Assembly (NCBI GenBank): GCA_965261975.1
Contig: CBDHEC010000055.1
Coordinates: 1-37,654, forward strand
DNA from: Alphaproteobacteria bacterium
Lineage (GTDB): Bacteria; Pseudomonadota; Alphaproteobacteria; UBA6615
Reading direction: 5' to 3'
Length of the DNA: 37,654 nt
Shown: positions 1 through 9,895 of the stretch, one piece after another
Position numbering within the stretch: position 1 is the stretch's first letter
How the letters are laid out: each line of letters begins with the position of its first letter
Position numbers and translations under genes: made by a program
The notes under the pieces: generated by a model
Seen by the model: only the letters and a program-made list of their open reading frames with translations
Told to the model about the DNA's origin: nothing
Database searches by the model: none

Positions 1-5
1 GGCAT

Positions 6-566
6 TCACGGCCTTATTCCATGGCTTGCAGGCTCCCTGTTGATGATGATCGCGGGCGGACCGGTGGCGGCCAGGACGATGAACAACTGGTAGCCCCAGA
101 ACACGAACCAGGGTGCCAGGTCGCCCGCCAAGCGGGCGCGGCTGGTACGCTGCACCACGTAGAAAGACGACATGATCAGGACATTGCCGCCAAAGGCGAA
201 AATCACAGCCGATGTATGGAGGGGACGCAGGCGACCGAAGTTCAGCCAGGCAATATCGAAGTTGAGAACGGGAAAGGCGAGCTGCAGCGCCAACACCAGG
301 CCAACGAGAAATCCAACGAGCCCCCAGAATGTGGAGGCCACTGCGCCGGCACGGACGACACCGTCATTATAGTTGATCGTATCCGGCCCGCCGTCGGGAC
401 TGACCTTCGGGTCGTAGATCCTGTTGATCAGAAAGAACACCGCGAGAATGGCTGCGCCGGCGAAGAGCATCGCGTGTATCCGCATACCCTCGTCTGCCGC
501 GCCCCCTGCAACGCCCAACCCCAGCATCGCTGCCAGCCCGAGCCCAAAGAGTGCTAGTCCGTTCAT
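6..566 (-). pseudogene. ccoN: cbb3-type cytochrome c oxidase subunit I, N-terminal ~170 aa only (truncated at ~nt 60)
   Basis: Carries the CcoN motifs FGRLRPLHTSAVIFAFGGN, YVVQRT and FVFWGYQLFIVLAATG. The homology stops after ATG(ly) and the frame ends 17 unrelated codons later. ATG at 566 has a GGGGA RBS. Confidence 0.9.
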
Positions 567-653
567 TGTGTCGTCCCCAGATACGTTCAACGTCAAACCA
601 GCTCACAAAAGCTGCATTCACCCTGCTTGTTGCAGGTGCGAACACGCGTCGCG

Positions 654-667
654 TTGACCTGGATCAA
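654..667. promoter_or_regulatory. FNR/FixK box upstream of ccoN
   Basis: TTGAC-CTGG-ATCAA versus consensus TTGAT-N4-ATCAA, ~90 nt upstream of the ccoN ATG; ccoNOQP is a classic FNR/FixK target. Confidence 0.85.
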
Positions 668-792
668 TCGGTCCGAAAAGGTTGGCTCGGTCGCGTCGCC
701 GGGCGCGCAATATGTGACCGCCGTCGACGCTTTCTCGATCTTTCGAACTCGTGTAGAGATCGGCTTCCACTCGCAATCGGAAAAACCTTCCC

Positions 793-1428
793 GTGAAAGC
801 CGTCATCATTCCCGTCACCGCGTTCCAGCAGAACTGTTCCGTCCTGTGGTGTACCGAAACCAACAAGGCGGCGGTGGTCGATCCTGGCGGCGAGGTCGAG
901 CGCATCAACGCCGCGATCGAGGAACAGGGAGTCGAGGTCGAGAAAATACTTCTGACCCACGGCCATATCGATCACGCGGGTGCAGCCGCCGACCTGTCCG
1001 AACAGCTCGGCGTTCCCATTGAGGGGCCCCATATCGAGGACAAGTTCTGGATTGAACAGCTCGCCGAACAGGGCGCGCGGTTCGGCGTCGAGGCCGGCCG
1101 GCCTTTCACGCCGTCACGCTGGCTCGATCAGGGCGACAGCGTGACCGTCGGCAATCTGACCTTTGAGGTGCGTTTCTGCCCTGGGCATACGCCGGGTCAC
1201 ATCATCTTCTTCGAACCGGTCTCGCGCATTGCCTTCGTCGGCGACGTGCTGTTTCAGGGTTCCATCGGCCGGACGGACTTCCCCGGCGGCGACCACGACA
1301 CGCTGATCGCGTCCATCCGCGAGCAGCTCTGGCCGCTCGGCGACGACGTGACCTTTGTGCCCGGCCACGGCGGCGCATCGACCCTCGGCCACGAACGGGA
1401 GACCAACCCGTTCGTGCGCGACGCCTGA
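793..1428 (+). CDS. MBL-fold metallo-hydrolase, YcbL/GloC (glyoxalase II-like) family
   Basis: Motifs FQQNCS, THGHIDH, PGHTPGH, GDVLF, GRTDFPGG and PGHG; GTG start. Confidence 0.9.
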   Translation: MKAVIIPVTAFQQNCSVLWCTETNKAAVVDPGGEVERINAAIEEQGVEVEKILLTHGHIDHAGAAADLSEQLGVPIEGPHIEDKFWIEQLAEQGARFGVEAGRPFTPSRWLDQGDSVTVGNLTFEVRFCPGHTPGHIIFFEPVSRIAFVGDVLFQGSIGRTDFPGGDHDTLIASIREQLWPLGDDVTFVPGHGGASTLGHERETNPFVRDA

Positions 1429-1434
1429 CCGCGG

Positions 1435-2367
1435 TTAGCGGTTCTGGGTTATCGGCTCTGTCCGAGGCGTGAAGAAGTCCGGCAAATCGCTCTCCTTCAA
1501 GCCCTCATACAGGCAATGCTTCTTCGGGTGCGCCTCATACTGCTCATCGGGTGACGCATCCATCGCCGGCGTGGTCGGGATGCAGCCCTCGCAATAGGCC
1601 TTGATCGTGCGCAGGGGCGGCTCACCCTTGATCGATTCATAGAGTTCGACCGCCGCGTCGATCTTGTCTTTTTCCGCCTCGGCGACCAGCACGATCGAGC
1701 CCTCGGAGCCCATCGCCCCGCCGCCGCCCACATGGGTGATGTCTTCGATGCCGAACAGGATCTGCAGGGCCTGGACTTCGGTGATCACAGTCCCGTTGGT
1801 CACCGGCATCATCCCTGTACGCTGGCCGGCATGGTAGTAGAACGTGTCCTGCCCCATATGCCGGGCGGCTTCCGTCACCGACGGGATCAACTTCTCAAGG
1901 CCGATCGGGATGATCAGGTGCCCGCCACGCGCGGCCATGATTCCCATCGCGAACCCGATCGTGCCGCAGCCCGGATGGGCGCAAAACACACCCGCGTTGA
2001 ATTCGGTATCGACGGCGTTGCCGCCCTTGATGAAGACGCTCGTGTCGTCGAAATTCCTGAGCATCTCGTCCATGCGCGGCGCCGGCGGTGTGAGTTCCCC
2101 CTTCACCAGATGGATGATCGGCGGTTTTTCTTCAGGCTGGGTCTGGCACAGCACATTGTTGATCACCTGGCCCGAGAGATAGAATTGCTTGTTCGGCACC
2201 TCGCCCATCACCTCTTCCGCGACGAAAACATTCGTCGAGCCATGAGCGATAATCATCTCGCCATTCTTGTGGGCGTTTTGCACCACCGGCATGGCAGCGA
2301 CGGCCTTGCCGATAATTCGGCGCCCTTCCCAGGGAGTGAATACAAACGACGCGCGAACTTTGCTCAT
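1435..2367 (-). CDS. Conserved hypothetical protein, probable RpiA/CoA-transferase-like alpha/beta fold with Cys-containing C-terminal tail
   Basis: Protein-like 310-aa ORF with GSTN, IKGGNAVD, IPIGLEKLIPS and GGGGAMGSEGS motifs; tail CEGC...HC. Start placed at MSKV (2367). Confidence 0.65.
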   Translation of the reverse strand: MSKVRASFVFTPWEGRRIIGKAVAAMPVVQNAHKNGEMIIAHGSTNVFVAEEVMGEVPNKQFYLSGQVINNVLCQTQPEEKPPIIHLVKGELTPPAPRMDEMLRNFDDTSVFIKGGNAVDTEFNAGVFCAHPGCGTIGFAMGIMAARGGHLIIPIGLEKLIPSVTEAARHMGQDTFYYHAGQRTGMMPVTNGTVITEVQALQILFGIEDITHVGGGGAMGSEGSIVLVAEAEKDKIDAAVELYESIKGEPPLRTIKAYCEGCIPTTPAMDASPDEQYEAHPKKHCLYEGLKESDLPDFFTPRTEPITQNR

Positions 2368-2544
2368 TTCGAAATTCCTGCAGGCGGGTGATGCGGCCGA
2401 TTTTGGCCATCCAACGAACGTGGATATTATCACGTTTTGGCCGCGGCAATCTGCGCCAAACACTTCCCTCCCATTCCCCGAGCGCGTAACGTCGCCGTCT
2501 CATCACCACCGGGGACTTCGCGTCTCCTGCACGGAGAATTTCAA

Positions 2545-3453
2545 ATGAAAATCGGTCTTTGCGGCACCGGCAATATGGGGGCTGCCATGGGCGCCCGGCT
2601 CATGGACAAGAAACACAAGCTCAAGGTCTGGAACCGGACCACGCGCCGAACCAAGCCGCTGGTGGACGCGGGTGCTGCCCGTGTAGAGACCCCGGCGGCG
2701 CTGTTCGCCGACAATGACGTCGTGATCAACATCACCATCGACGACAAGGCCGTGAAGGCTGTCTACGAGGGCCGGGATGGAATCCTCTCGGCGAAACTGA
2801 AGGGCAAGCTGATCATCGAGATGAGCACACTCCTTCCCGAGACGACACGGCGGCTGGCAGAACAGGTGAAGTCGGCCGGCGGGGTGTTTCTGGAATGCCC
2901 GGTCGGCGGTTCCGTCGTGCCCGCACGCACCGGAAACCTTCTCGGCATGGCCGGCGGCACGCCCGCGGCTTACAAGCGCGCTGCGCCGATCCTCAACCAA
3001 TTGTGCCGGCGCCTGGACCGCGTCGGTCCCGTGGGCGCGGGCAACACGATGAAGCTCGCCATCAACCTGCCGCTGCTAGCCTATTGGGAGGCGCTGGGCG
3101 AGGCGATCTCCCTGACCGAGACCGCCGGCATCAAGCGCACGCTTGCCGCGGACATCCTGGCCGATTCCAGCGGCGCGGCGAAGGTCGCCCCGGCACGTCT
3201 GCCCTGGATCATGGACGCGATCGGCGGAAAGTTTCCCAAGTCGACCGGCTTCCAGATGAGCGGCGGCGCCAAGGATGCGACCCAGATGGTTGCCCTGGCC
3301 CGGGCCAACGGGTTCGAAGTGCCGGTCATCGACGCCACCCGCAAGTCCTACAAGCAGGCCGCCAAGGGCGTATGGGCCGGGCGAGACTTCGCACTCCTCT
3401 CGGCCTGGCGCGCGATCCAGAGCAAGAAGCGCAGCCCAAAAAAAGGGCGTTGA
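2545..3453 (+). CDS. NAD(P)-dependent beta-hydroxyacid dehydrogenase (3-hydroxyisobutyrate DH / MmsB family)
   Basis: Rossmann motif GLCGTGNMG, ECPVGGS, catalytic Lys in MKLAIN; GGAG RBS before ATG 2545. Confidence 0.9.
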   Translation: MKIGLCGTGNMGAAMGARLMDKKHKLKVWNRTTRRTKPLVDAGAARVETPAALFADNDVVINITIDDKAVKAVYEGRDGILSAKLKGKLIIEMSTLLPETTRRLAEQVKSAGGVFLECPVGGSVVPARTGNLLGMAGGTPAAYKRAAPILNQLCRRLDRVGPVGAGNTMKLAINLPLLAYWEALGEAISLTETAGIKRTLAADILADSSGAAKVAPARLPWIMDAIGGKFPKSTGFQMSGGAKDATQMVALARANGFEVPVIDATRKSYKQAAKGVWAGRDFALLSAWRAIQSKKRSPKKGR

Positions 3454-3507
3454 TCGACGGCTGTTTCGACATACCTCTTGTCAGATACAGCAACTGAAGG
3501 CCCCGGT

Positions 3508-4392
3508 ATGACCGACCCCGCATCGAACGTGATCGAGCATGTCATCAAGCCACGCGCGCGTGATCTCGGCGGGTTTACCGTCGCGCGCGTGCTGCCCCAT
3601 GCCAAACGGCGCACGGTCGGCCCGTTCATCTTCTTCGACCAGATGGGCCCGGCGGAATTTCCACCCGGCGAAGGTATCGACGTGCGCCCACACCCGCATA
3701 TCGGTCTGGCGACAGTTACCTATCTGTTCGACGGCGAGATCATGCATCGTGACGATCTCGGCTATGCGCAGCCGATCCGCCCCGGCGACGTGAACTGGAT
3801 GACCGCCGGACGCGGGATCGTGCATTCCGAGCGGACCCGCGATGAAATCCGTGCGCAACACACGACCATGTTCGGCATTCAGACCTGGATTGCCTTGCCG
3901 AAAGATCAGGAAGAGAGCGAACCGGCCTTCTTTCACCATCCGGCCGCGACCCTGCCGGAGATTTCGCGCGCCGGGGTCGAGATGCGCCTGATCGCCGGAA
4001 CCGCCTATGGCGAGACCTCGCCGGTCGTGACCGCATCGCCGATGTTCTATCTCGATGTCCACATGGATGCCGGCAGCAGCCTGGCCGTCACCGACGAACA
4101 TGAAGAGCGCGCCGTTTATGTGGTCGACGGTCGTGTCGCGATCGACGGCGACATCCACGAAGCCGGTGAAATGCTGGTGCTCGCGCCGAACGCCGACGTG
4201 TCGGTGGATGCCACGGAAGAAGCCCGCGTGATGCTGCTCGGCGGCGCACCCATCGACGGCAAGCGGCACCTCTGGTGGAATTTCGTCTCGAGTTCGAAAG
4301 AACGCATCGAGCAAGCCAAGGCGGATTGGGCGGCAGGCCCCTTTGGCAAGATTGCGGGCGATGATGAATTCATCCCCCTGCCCGAGATATAG
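3508..4392 (+). CDS. Pirin family protein
   Basis: Motifs GPFIFFDQMG, HPHIGLATVTY, WMTAGRGIVHSE and WWNFVSS. Confidence 0.95.
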   Translation: MTDPASNVIEHVIKPRARDLGGFTVARVLPHAKRRTVGPFIFFDQMGPAEFPPGEGIDVRPHPHIGLATVTYLFDGEIMHRDDLGYAQPIRPGDVNWMTAGRGIVHSERTRDEIRAQHTTMFGIQTWIALPKDQEESEPAFFHHPAATLPEISRAGVEMRLIAGTAYGETSPVVTASPMFYLDVHMDAGSSLAVTDEHEERAVYVVDGRVAIDGDIHEAGEMLVLAPNADVSVDATEEARVMLLGGAPIDGKRHLWWNFVSSSKERIEQAKADWAAGPFGKIAGDDEFIPLPEI

Positions 4393-4396
4393 ACGA

Positions 4397-5353
4397 ATGT
4401 CCGCGCGCGCCATCGTCATCACCATGGGTGACCCCGCCGGGGTCGGCCCCGAAGTGATCTGCAAGGCGCTGGCCGAACTGCCGGCGTCGGACCGGGCCGA
4501 CATTGCCGTGATCGGGGCACGGGCAATCCTCGAACGCGCCGACGCCCTGTGCGGGACCGGCCTTTCCTTCGGCGACGACGGCATCGACCTGATCGACGTT
4601 CCGACTGACGGCGTCGCGGACGCGCCCGCCGGCGAGATATCCGCCGCCGGGGGCGAAGCCGCATATACCTATATCCTCCGCGCCGCCGAGATGGCCAAGG
4701 CGGGCGACGCCGGCTGCATCGTGACCGCCCCGATCAACAAGGCATCCCTGAATGCCGCCGGGCATCACTATGACGGGCACACCGGCCTGCTCAGCCATCT
4801 GGCGGGCGGCATCAAGCCCTTCATGCTGCTGTCGTCACCCACCCTGTCGACGATCCATGTGTCGGCCCATGTCTCCATGGCCGACGCCATTCGCCGCTGC
4901 ACGAAGGACAACGTCCTCGATGTGATCCGCGCCGGCGACGGCCACTTCAAGCGGTTGGGCATCGCCAACCCGCGCATCGCCGTGGCGGGACTCAACCCCC
5001 ATTGCGGCGAGGACGGCCTGTTTGGCGAGGAAGACGACCGCGAAGTCGCGCCCGCTGTCGAGGCCGCACGGGCCGAAGGCATCGACGCGACCGGCCCCCT
5101 GTCGGGCGACACGGTCTTCGCACGCGCAAACCAAGGTGAGTTCGACCTGGTGGTCGCCCAGTATCACGACCAGGGTCACGCGACGGTCAAGCTCATCGCC
5201 TTCGACACGGCGATCAACGTGACGGTCGGGCTGCCCTTCGATCGTTGCTCCGTCGATCACGGTACAGCGTTCGACATCGCCTGGACCGGCAAGGCCGACC
5301 ACACGAACATGCTGGCGGCGATTGAATATGCGAGGAAGCTGGAGAAGTCGTAG
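4397..5353 (+). CDS. pdxA: 4-hydroxythreonine-4-phosphate dehydrogenase family (PdxA/PdxA2)
   Basis: Motifs TMGDPAGVGPE, APINK, GHT, GLNPH, YHDQG and SVDHGTAFDIAWTG. Confidence 0.9.
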   Translation: MSARAIVITMGDPAGVGPEVICKALAELPASDRADIAVIGARAILERADALCGTGLSFGDDGIDLIDVPTDGVADAPAGEISAAGGEAAYTYILRAAEMAKAGDAGCIVTAPINKASLNAAGHHYDGHTGLLSHLAGGIKPFMLLSSPTLSTIHVSAHVSMADAIRRCTKDNVLDVIRAGDGHFKRLGIANPRIAVAGLNPHCGEDGLFGEEDDREVAPAVEAARAEGIDATGPLSGDTVFARANQGEFDLVVAQYHDQGHATVKLIAFDTAINVTVGLPFDRCSVDHGTAFDIAWTGKADHTNMLAAIEYARKLEKS

Positions 5354-5402
5354 TTCGGGATTTACAGTGATTCAACGATCGCTCAGCTACGGCGGAGAAC
5401 CA

Positions 5403-6539
5403 ATGCGTCTCAAGTTCCTATTCATCGCCTTGTTCGGGCTTTCGGCCTGTGAGGCCACGGGGCCCGAACAGCATGGTACCAACGACATCAGCCGGTCGGA
5501 CAGAGCGGCATATGAACTGGCGGCGGCTGGGTGTCGAACGGCAACCACACCTGAACAGCGGATAAACGTATGCAGCGCCGTTATCGAAGCGGCCCCACGA
5601 ATCGAGACAGACTCGCAAGTGCGACGCAAAGTTCTCGCTCTCGCCCAAATGGGTCGGGGCTTGGCCTACTATCGGAAAGGGTTAACTAAACTGGCACTCG
5701 ACGACTTACAGGAGACTATTCAACTCACTCCGGAGGAGGCCAACGGCTATGTTCTGAGATCGGCGATCTATGAGAGACAGCGCAACTTCGCCGCAATGAT
5801 TCGCGATCTCGATCGGGCCGTCGAGATCGCACCAGATTCTGCGGAAATACTGGCAGTCCGTGCAGTTGGTCGAAGCAACCTGATATTCCCGCCCGCGCGC
5901 AAGTCCGGACCGCTGACGACAAACCGGGAAAAAGCAATCTACGAAAAGATGCTTGCCGACATTTCCCGGTCTCGCGACCTCGACCCCAACAATCCCCTTC
6001 CTGTAAGGGTTCTCGCTGATTCGCTCCTAAAACAAGGTGACCTCAACGCCGCTATCGCCACTTACAGCGAAGTGCTCGAAATCGACAGCAACCATGTCAA
6101 AGCAGTCAGTGGGCGTGCAGCTGCATATTTTCTGCGCGGTGATCACGCGGACGCAGCCCAAGACTATGAGCGCGCGATCAACCTGGCACCAAACAACCCC
6201 GACAACTACATGAAACTCGGCTGGATATACGCCGCCTCGCCCCATGACCACGTACGGGAGGGAACGCGCGCAATCGAAATGGCTTTGCAGGCAGATCGTC
6301 TGTCAAAGGGAAACAAGTCGTTCGCCTACACCTACCTGCTTCCGGCAGCCTTCGCCGAGGCGGGCCGCTTCGACGAGGCCGCGCGCGAAATGGAGCGCGT
6401 TATCTTGCAATATCGATCCTCGGTTGTTGAAGGCGACGATATCAGCGTTCTGCGCTCGCTCGGTTTGTCCATCGGAGCTCGAGCGCTCCTTGAACAGTTT
6501 CGGTCCGATAAACCGTTTCGGATTGAGCCGGCCAGCTAG
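5403..6539 (+). CDS. TPR-repeat lipoprotein
   Basis: Lipobox LSA-C after a hydrophobic stretch; repeated TPR-like units (RGLAYY...ALDDLQETIQLTP, AIATYSEVLEIDSN, AAQDYERAINLAPN); GGAG RBS. Confidence 0.8.
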   Translation: MRLKFLFIALFGLSACEATGPEQHGTNDISRSDRAAYELAAAGCRTATTPEQRINVCSAVIEAAPRIETDSQVRRKVLALAQMGRGLAYYRKGLTKLALDDLQETIQLTPEEANGYVLRSAIYERQRNFAAMIRDLDRAVEIAPDSAEILAVRAVGRSNLIFPPARKSGPLTTNREKAIYEKMLADISRSRDLDPNNPLPVRVLADSLLKQGDLNAAIATYSEVLEIDSNHVKAVSGRAAAYFLRGDHADAAQDYERAINLAPNNPDNYMKLGWIYAASPHDHVREGTRAIEMALQADRLSKGNKSFAYTYLLPAAFAEAGRFDEAAREMERVILQYRSSVVEGDDISVLRSLGLSIGARALLEQFRSDKPFRIEPAS

Positions 6540-6568
6540 TCTAGGCGTCGCCCCAACCTTACACCCCG

Positions 6569-7837
6569 TCACCCCCCGATAATCCCCGCCGGGCCCTTCT
6601 GGGCATCGGACAGGCCGCTCGGCGCACCGACACGTTCGGGCAACTCGAACCCACCCTGCATCTGCTCCACATAGGGGCCGACGCCGCCATGTTCGGGTAC
6701 GAGGATTTCGCGCTGGTGATCGTCGGCGATCTTCCCGGCGAACACGTCGTTGATCCAGTCCGCGAGATAGCCATAGAAGTCGATCCCGCCGAAGTTCGGG
6801 CGGTTGCGCGGGTTGTGGAAGTCGTTCTCGATCACCCACAGCTCCTTGGGCGCCGGCACCTTCTCGTAGATCGGCAGCACGGTCTCCAGCGGCGCCAGCG
6901 GGTCATACTCGCCGGTCACCTGAAGCGCCGGGCAGGTCACGTCGCCGGCCACGTCATCGAGTACCATCTTCGCGGCGAATTCATCGAACTCGTCCTCGTC
7001 ATGAATGCCCGCCATATACATGAACACCTGCTTGAAGCGCGGCGAGGCCTGCTCGAAGATCGCGGTCTTGGGTCCGTAGCAAGCGGCCGCCGTGGCAACG
7101 GCCTTCACCCGCTTGTCGAGTGCCGCCATGCGCATGCCCCAGTAAGACCCCATGGAGAAACCCGACACGGCGATCCGGTCGGGATCGACCTCGGGGCGCT
7201 CGCACAGATAATCGATGGCCGCCGATCCGGCACGCTCGTAGTTATCGAGCGTGACCCGGATCTTGCGGATGTTGCTCGTCCCCTGCCCCGGCCCGTCGAG
7301 GTGCAGGCAGTTCAGACCGCGCTCCACGAAGGGATGGCGCAGCGGGTCGACGAAGGCTTCCTTCGTCATGTCCATGCCCGGACAGAACACGACGGTCGGT
7401 GCCTTCTCCGCGCCGGGCACCATGTGGAGTACGCCCTGGATGAAGTTCCCCTCGAACGGGATTTCGACCCGCTCGATCGGGTGGGTCGAATGTTCCATCA
7501 CCTTGCCGAAGCATTTGAGCAGCATGTCATGCAGGTAAATCTTCTCGGGATTATCGTCCTCGAAGATCGTGTGCTGGGCCTCGCGGTAATGCTCGCTGGC
7601 GACCCAATAAAGCTCGGCAGCGGTTTTGGTGTGACCGGCCTTCTCGGCCTCTTCCGCGATCGCGACGACATGGCGGGCATGCTTGTCGACGACCCGGTGA
7701 ATCTGCGCGTACGACTTCACCTCCGGCGGCACGACCCGGTTGTCATAGGCAAAGTTCTGGACCCTGCCCGTGGTCTTGATGATCCAGTCGAGCATCCATT
7801 GCTGGTTATCGCGACGGCGTTCGGTTCGTTTCGACAT
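6569..7837 (-). CDS. Alpha/beta hydrolase, 2,6-dihydroxypseudooxynicotine hydrolase / FrsA-like family
   Basis: Motifs PGMDMTKE and DGPGQG, nucleophile elbow GFSMG, GEYDPL, and His in NDFH. Confidence 0.8.
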   Translation of the reverse strand: MSKRTERRRDNQQWMLDWIIKTTGRVQNFAYDNRVVPPEVKSYAQIHRVVDKHARHVVAIAEEAEKAGHTKTAAELYWVASEHYREAQHTIFEDDNPEKIYLHDMLLKCFGKVMEHSTHPIERVEIPFEGNFIQGVLHMVPGAEKAPTVVFCPGMDMTKEAFVDPLRHPFVERGLNCLHLDGPGQGTSNIRKIRVTLDNYERAGSAAIDYLCERPEVDPDRIAVSGFSMGSYWGMRMAALDKRVKAVATAAACYGPKTAIFEQASPRFKQVFMYMAGIHDEDEFDEFAAKMVLDDVAGDVTCPALQVTGEYDPLAPLETVLPIYEKVPAPKELWVIENDFHNPRNRPNFGGIDFYGYLADWINDVFAGKIADDHQREILVPEHGGVGPYVEQMQGGFELPERVGAPSGLSDAQKGPAGIIGG

Positions 7838-7978
7838 CTGGCTTCCCCCATTTGTTTTGCCCGCCAACGGCTCTTGTGCGGCGGTTTCTCGCGTGCCTCA
7901 ATGCTTCCGTGGTGCGGACCTTTAAAGCCCAATGCCACGGCGCATCGTTCCCGCCATCCAATCCGGTTTCGTCACTGA

Positions 7979-9176
7979 ATGTCCAGCCCCCGCAACATAA
8001 AACTGGTCCTCATACTGGCCCTAGTTTCAGGGCTCGGGCCGATCACGATTCACGTCATCCTGCCGGTCCTGCCGACGATCCAGCAGGTGTTCACGGCAAG
8101 CAGCGCCGTCACCCAGCTGACCCTGACGCTCGGTGTCCTTGCAATGGCGATCTCTACCATCGGCTACGGACCCGCGGCTGACAGGTTCGGACGCAAGCCC
8201 GTTCTCCTCGTCGGACTTCTGCTCTTCATCACGGGCAGCGGGATCTGCGTCTGGTCGCCGAACATCGAGACACTGATTTTCGGGCGCGTGGTGCAGGCCG
8301 TCGGCGGAGCGGCGGGCATGGTGGTTGCCCGCGCCACGATCCGCGACATGTTCAGCCGCGAGGATTCGGCACGCATGATCGGCCAGGTCATGTCGATTGT
8401 GGTGATATCGCCCATTATCTCTCCCGTGATCGGCGGTTTCATCGTGCAGTTCGCCGGCTGGCAATATGTGTTCATCCTGACAGCCGTCATGGGGCTGGTG
8501 ACGCTTACCTTCGCCGTGCCAAACATCCGCGAAACCCGCGTCGCAAACGCGCAGACGAGCAGCCTCGCGCAGACATTTCGTGCATTTCCATCATTGCTCC
8601 GTGACCCGGCCTTCCTCGCCTATGCCGGCTATGCCGGGTGTGGCATGGGCGTGTTCATGGTGGTCGCCGGCGGTGTGCCCTTCCTGATGGCCGACCTGTT
8701 CCAGCGCTCCCCGACCGCCTTCGGCCTGTTCTTCATGACCATGAGCGGCAGCTTCCTGGTGGGCACGGTTATCAGCTCGCGCATCACCTTGCGGGTCGGG
8801 CTCGACCGTATGGTCCGCATCGGCAGCACCGGATCGATGATTGCTGCATTGCTTGTCCCCGCTCTCTTCCTCGCTGGCATCCAAACACCTTGGGCCATTT
8901 TCCTGCCCGGGATCGTCATGGGCGTGTTCCACGGACTGGCGATGCCGAACGCGCAGGCCGGCGCGGTCAGCGTCAACCCGCAGGTCGCGGGTTCCGCTTC
9001 CCGGCCTCACGATGTTTCTTCAGATGACCATCGGCGCCGCATTCGGGCAGGCAGCGGGCATGCTGCCCCATGATTCAGCGCTCCCTGTCGCTATTATGAT
9101 CGCGCTCGCCGGACTGGGGGGCTTCCTCGCCTATAATGGGACCTTGTTTTTCGCGCGCAGGAAGAACACCCCATGA
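7979..9176 (+). CDS. Bcr/CflA family MFS drug transporter, apparent +1 frameshift at 9000-9002
   Basis: MFS motif GPAADRFGRKPVLL. Removing one C from CCC at 9000-9002 restores GSASGLTMFLQMTIG and runs to TGA 9176, which overlaps the next ATG. Confidence 0.85.
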
Positions 9177-9859
9177 AGACGTTTCTCATCGCCCTCCTCG
9201 GCCTTCTGGTGTTCGCCATACCGGCCAACGCGCAAATTCCGCCGGGCGCGGACGAACTTGCCGCCTATGACGGACTTTTCCGGGCTGCCGCGGATGGTGA
9301 CGTGGACGCCATCAACCGCCTCGTTGCCGCGGGCGCGAAACTGAACGCCCGAGACGGCCGCAAGCGCACGCCGCTGATGGTTGCCGCGCATCAGGGCCAG
9401 TACGACGCCGCACGCGCGTTGATCGCGGCCGGCGCGAATGTCGACGCATTCGATACCGACCGATACGACGTGGTCACGATCGCCGCCGTCGCCGACGACC
9501 CTCAAATGCTGCGCATCGCTATCGCCGGCGGTGCCAACACCACCCTGGTCACAAGCATCTATGACGGCACCGCGCTTATCGCCGCGGCCCATCTGGGCCA
9601 TGACGAGATTGTGCGCACCCTGATTCACTTCGGCGCCCCGCTCGACCACATCAATAACCTGGACTGGACCGCCCTGATCGAAGCCATTGTTCTTGGCGAT
9701 GGTGGACCGCGTTATGTTGCGACAGTCGGGGCGCTGGTCGATGCCGGTGCCGATGTAAATATCGCCGACGGGCGCGGCGTCCGGCCGCTCAGCCTCGCCC
9801 GCCAACGCGGCTATACCGAGATCGTCGAAATTCTGGAGGCGGCAGATGCCCGGCCATGA
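9173..9859 (+). CDS. Secreted ankyrin-repeat protein
   Basis: Signal peptide ending ANA-Q; ankyrin units TPLMVAA, TALIAAAHLG, TALIEAI and GADVN. Confidence 0.9.
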   Translation: MKTFLIALLGLLVFAIPANAQIPPGADELAAYDGLFRAAADGDVDAINRLVAAGAKLNARDGRKRTPLMVAAHQGQYDAARALIAAGANVDAFDTDRYDVVTIAAVADDPQMLRIAIAGGANTTLVTSIYDGTALIAAAHLGHDEIVRTLIHFGAPLDHINNLDWTALIEAIVLGDGGPRYVATVGALVDAGADVNIADGRGVRPLSLARQRGYTEIVEILEAADARP

Positions 9860-9895
9860 TACCTCCCGGGCACGCACTCACAAAAGGACTGCACA

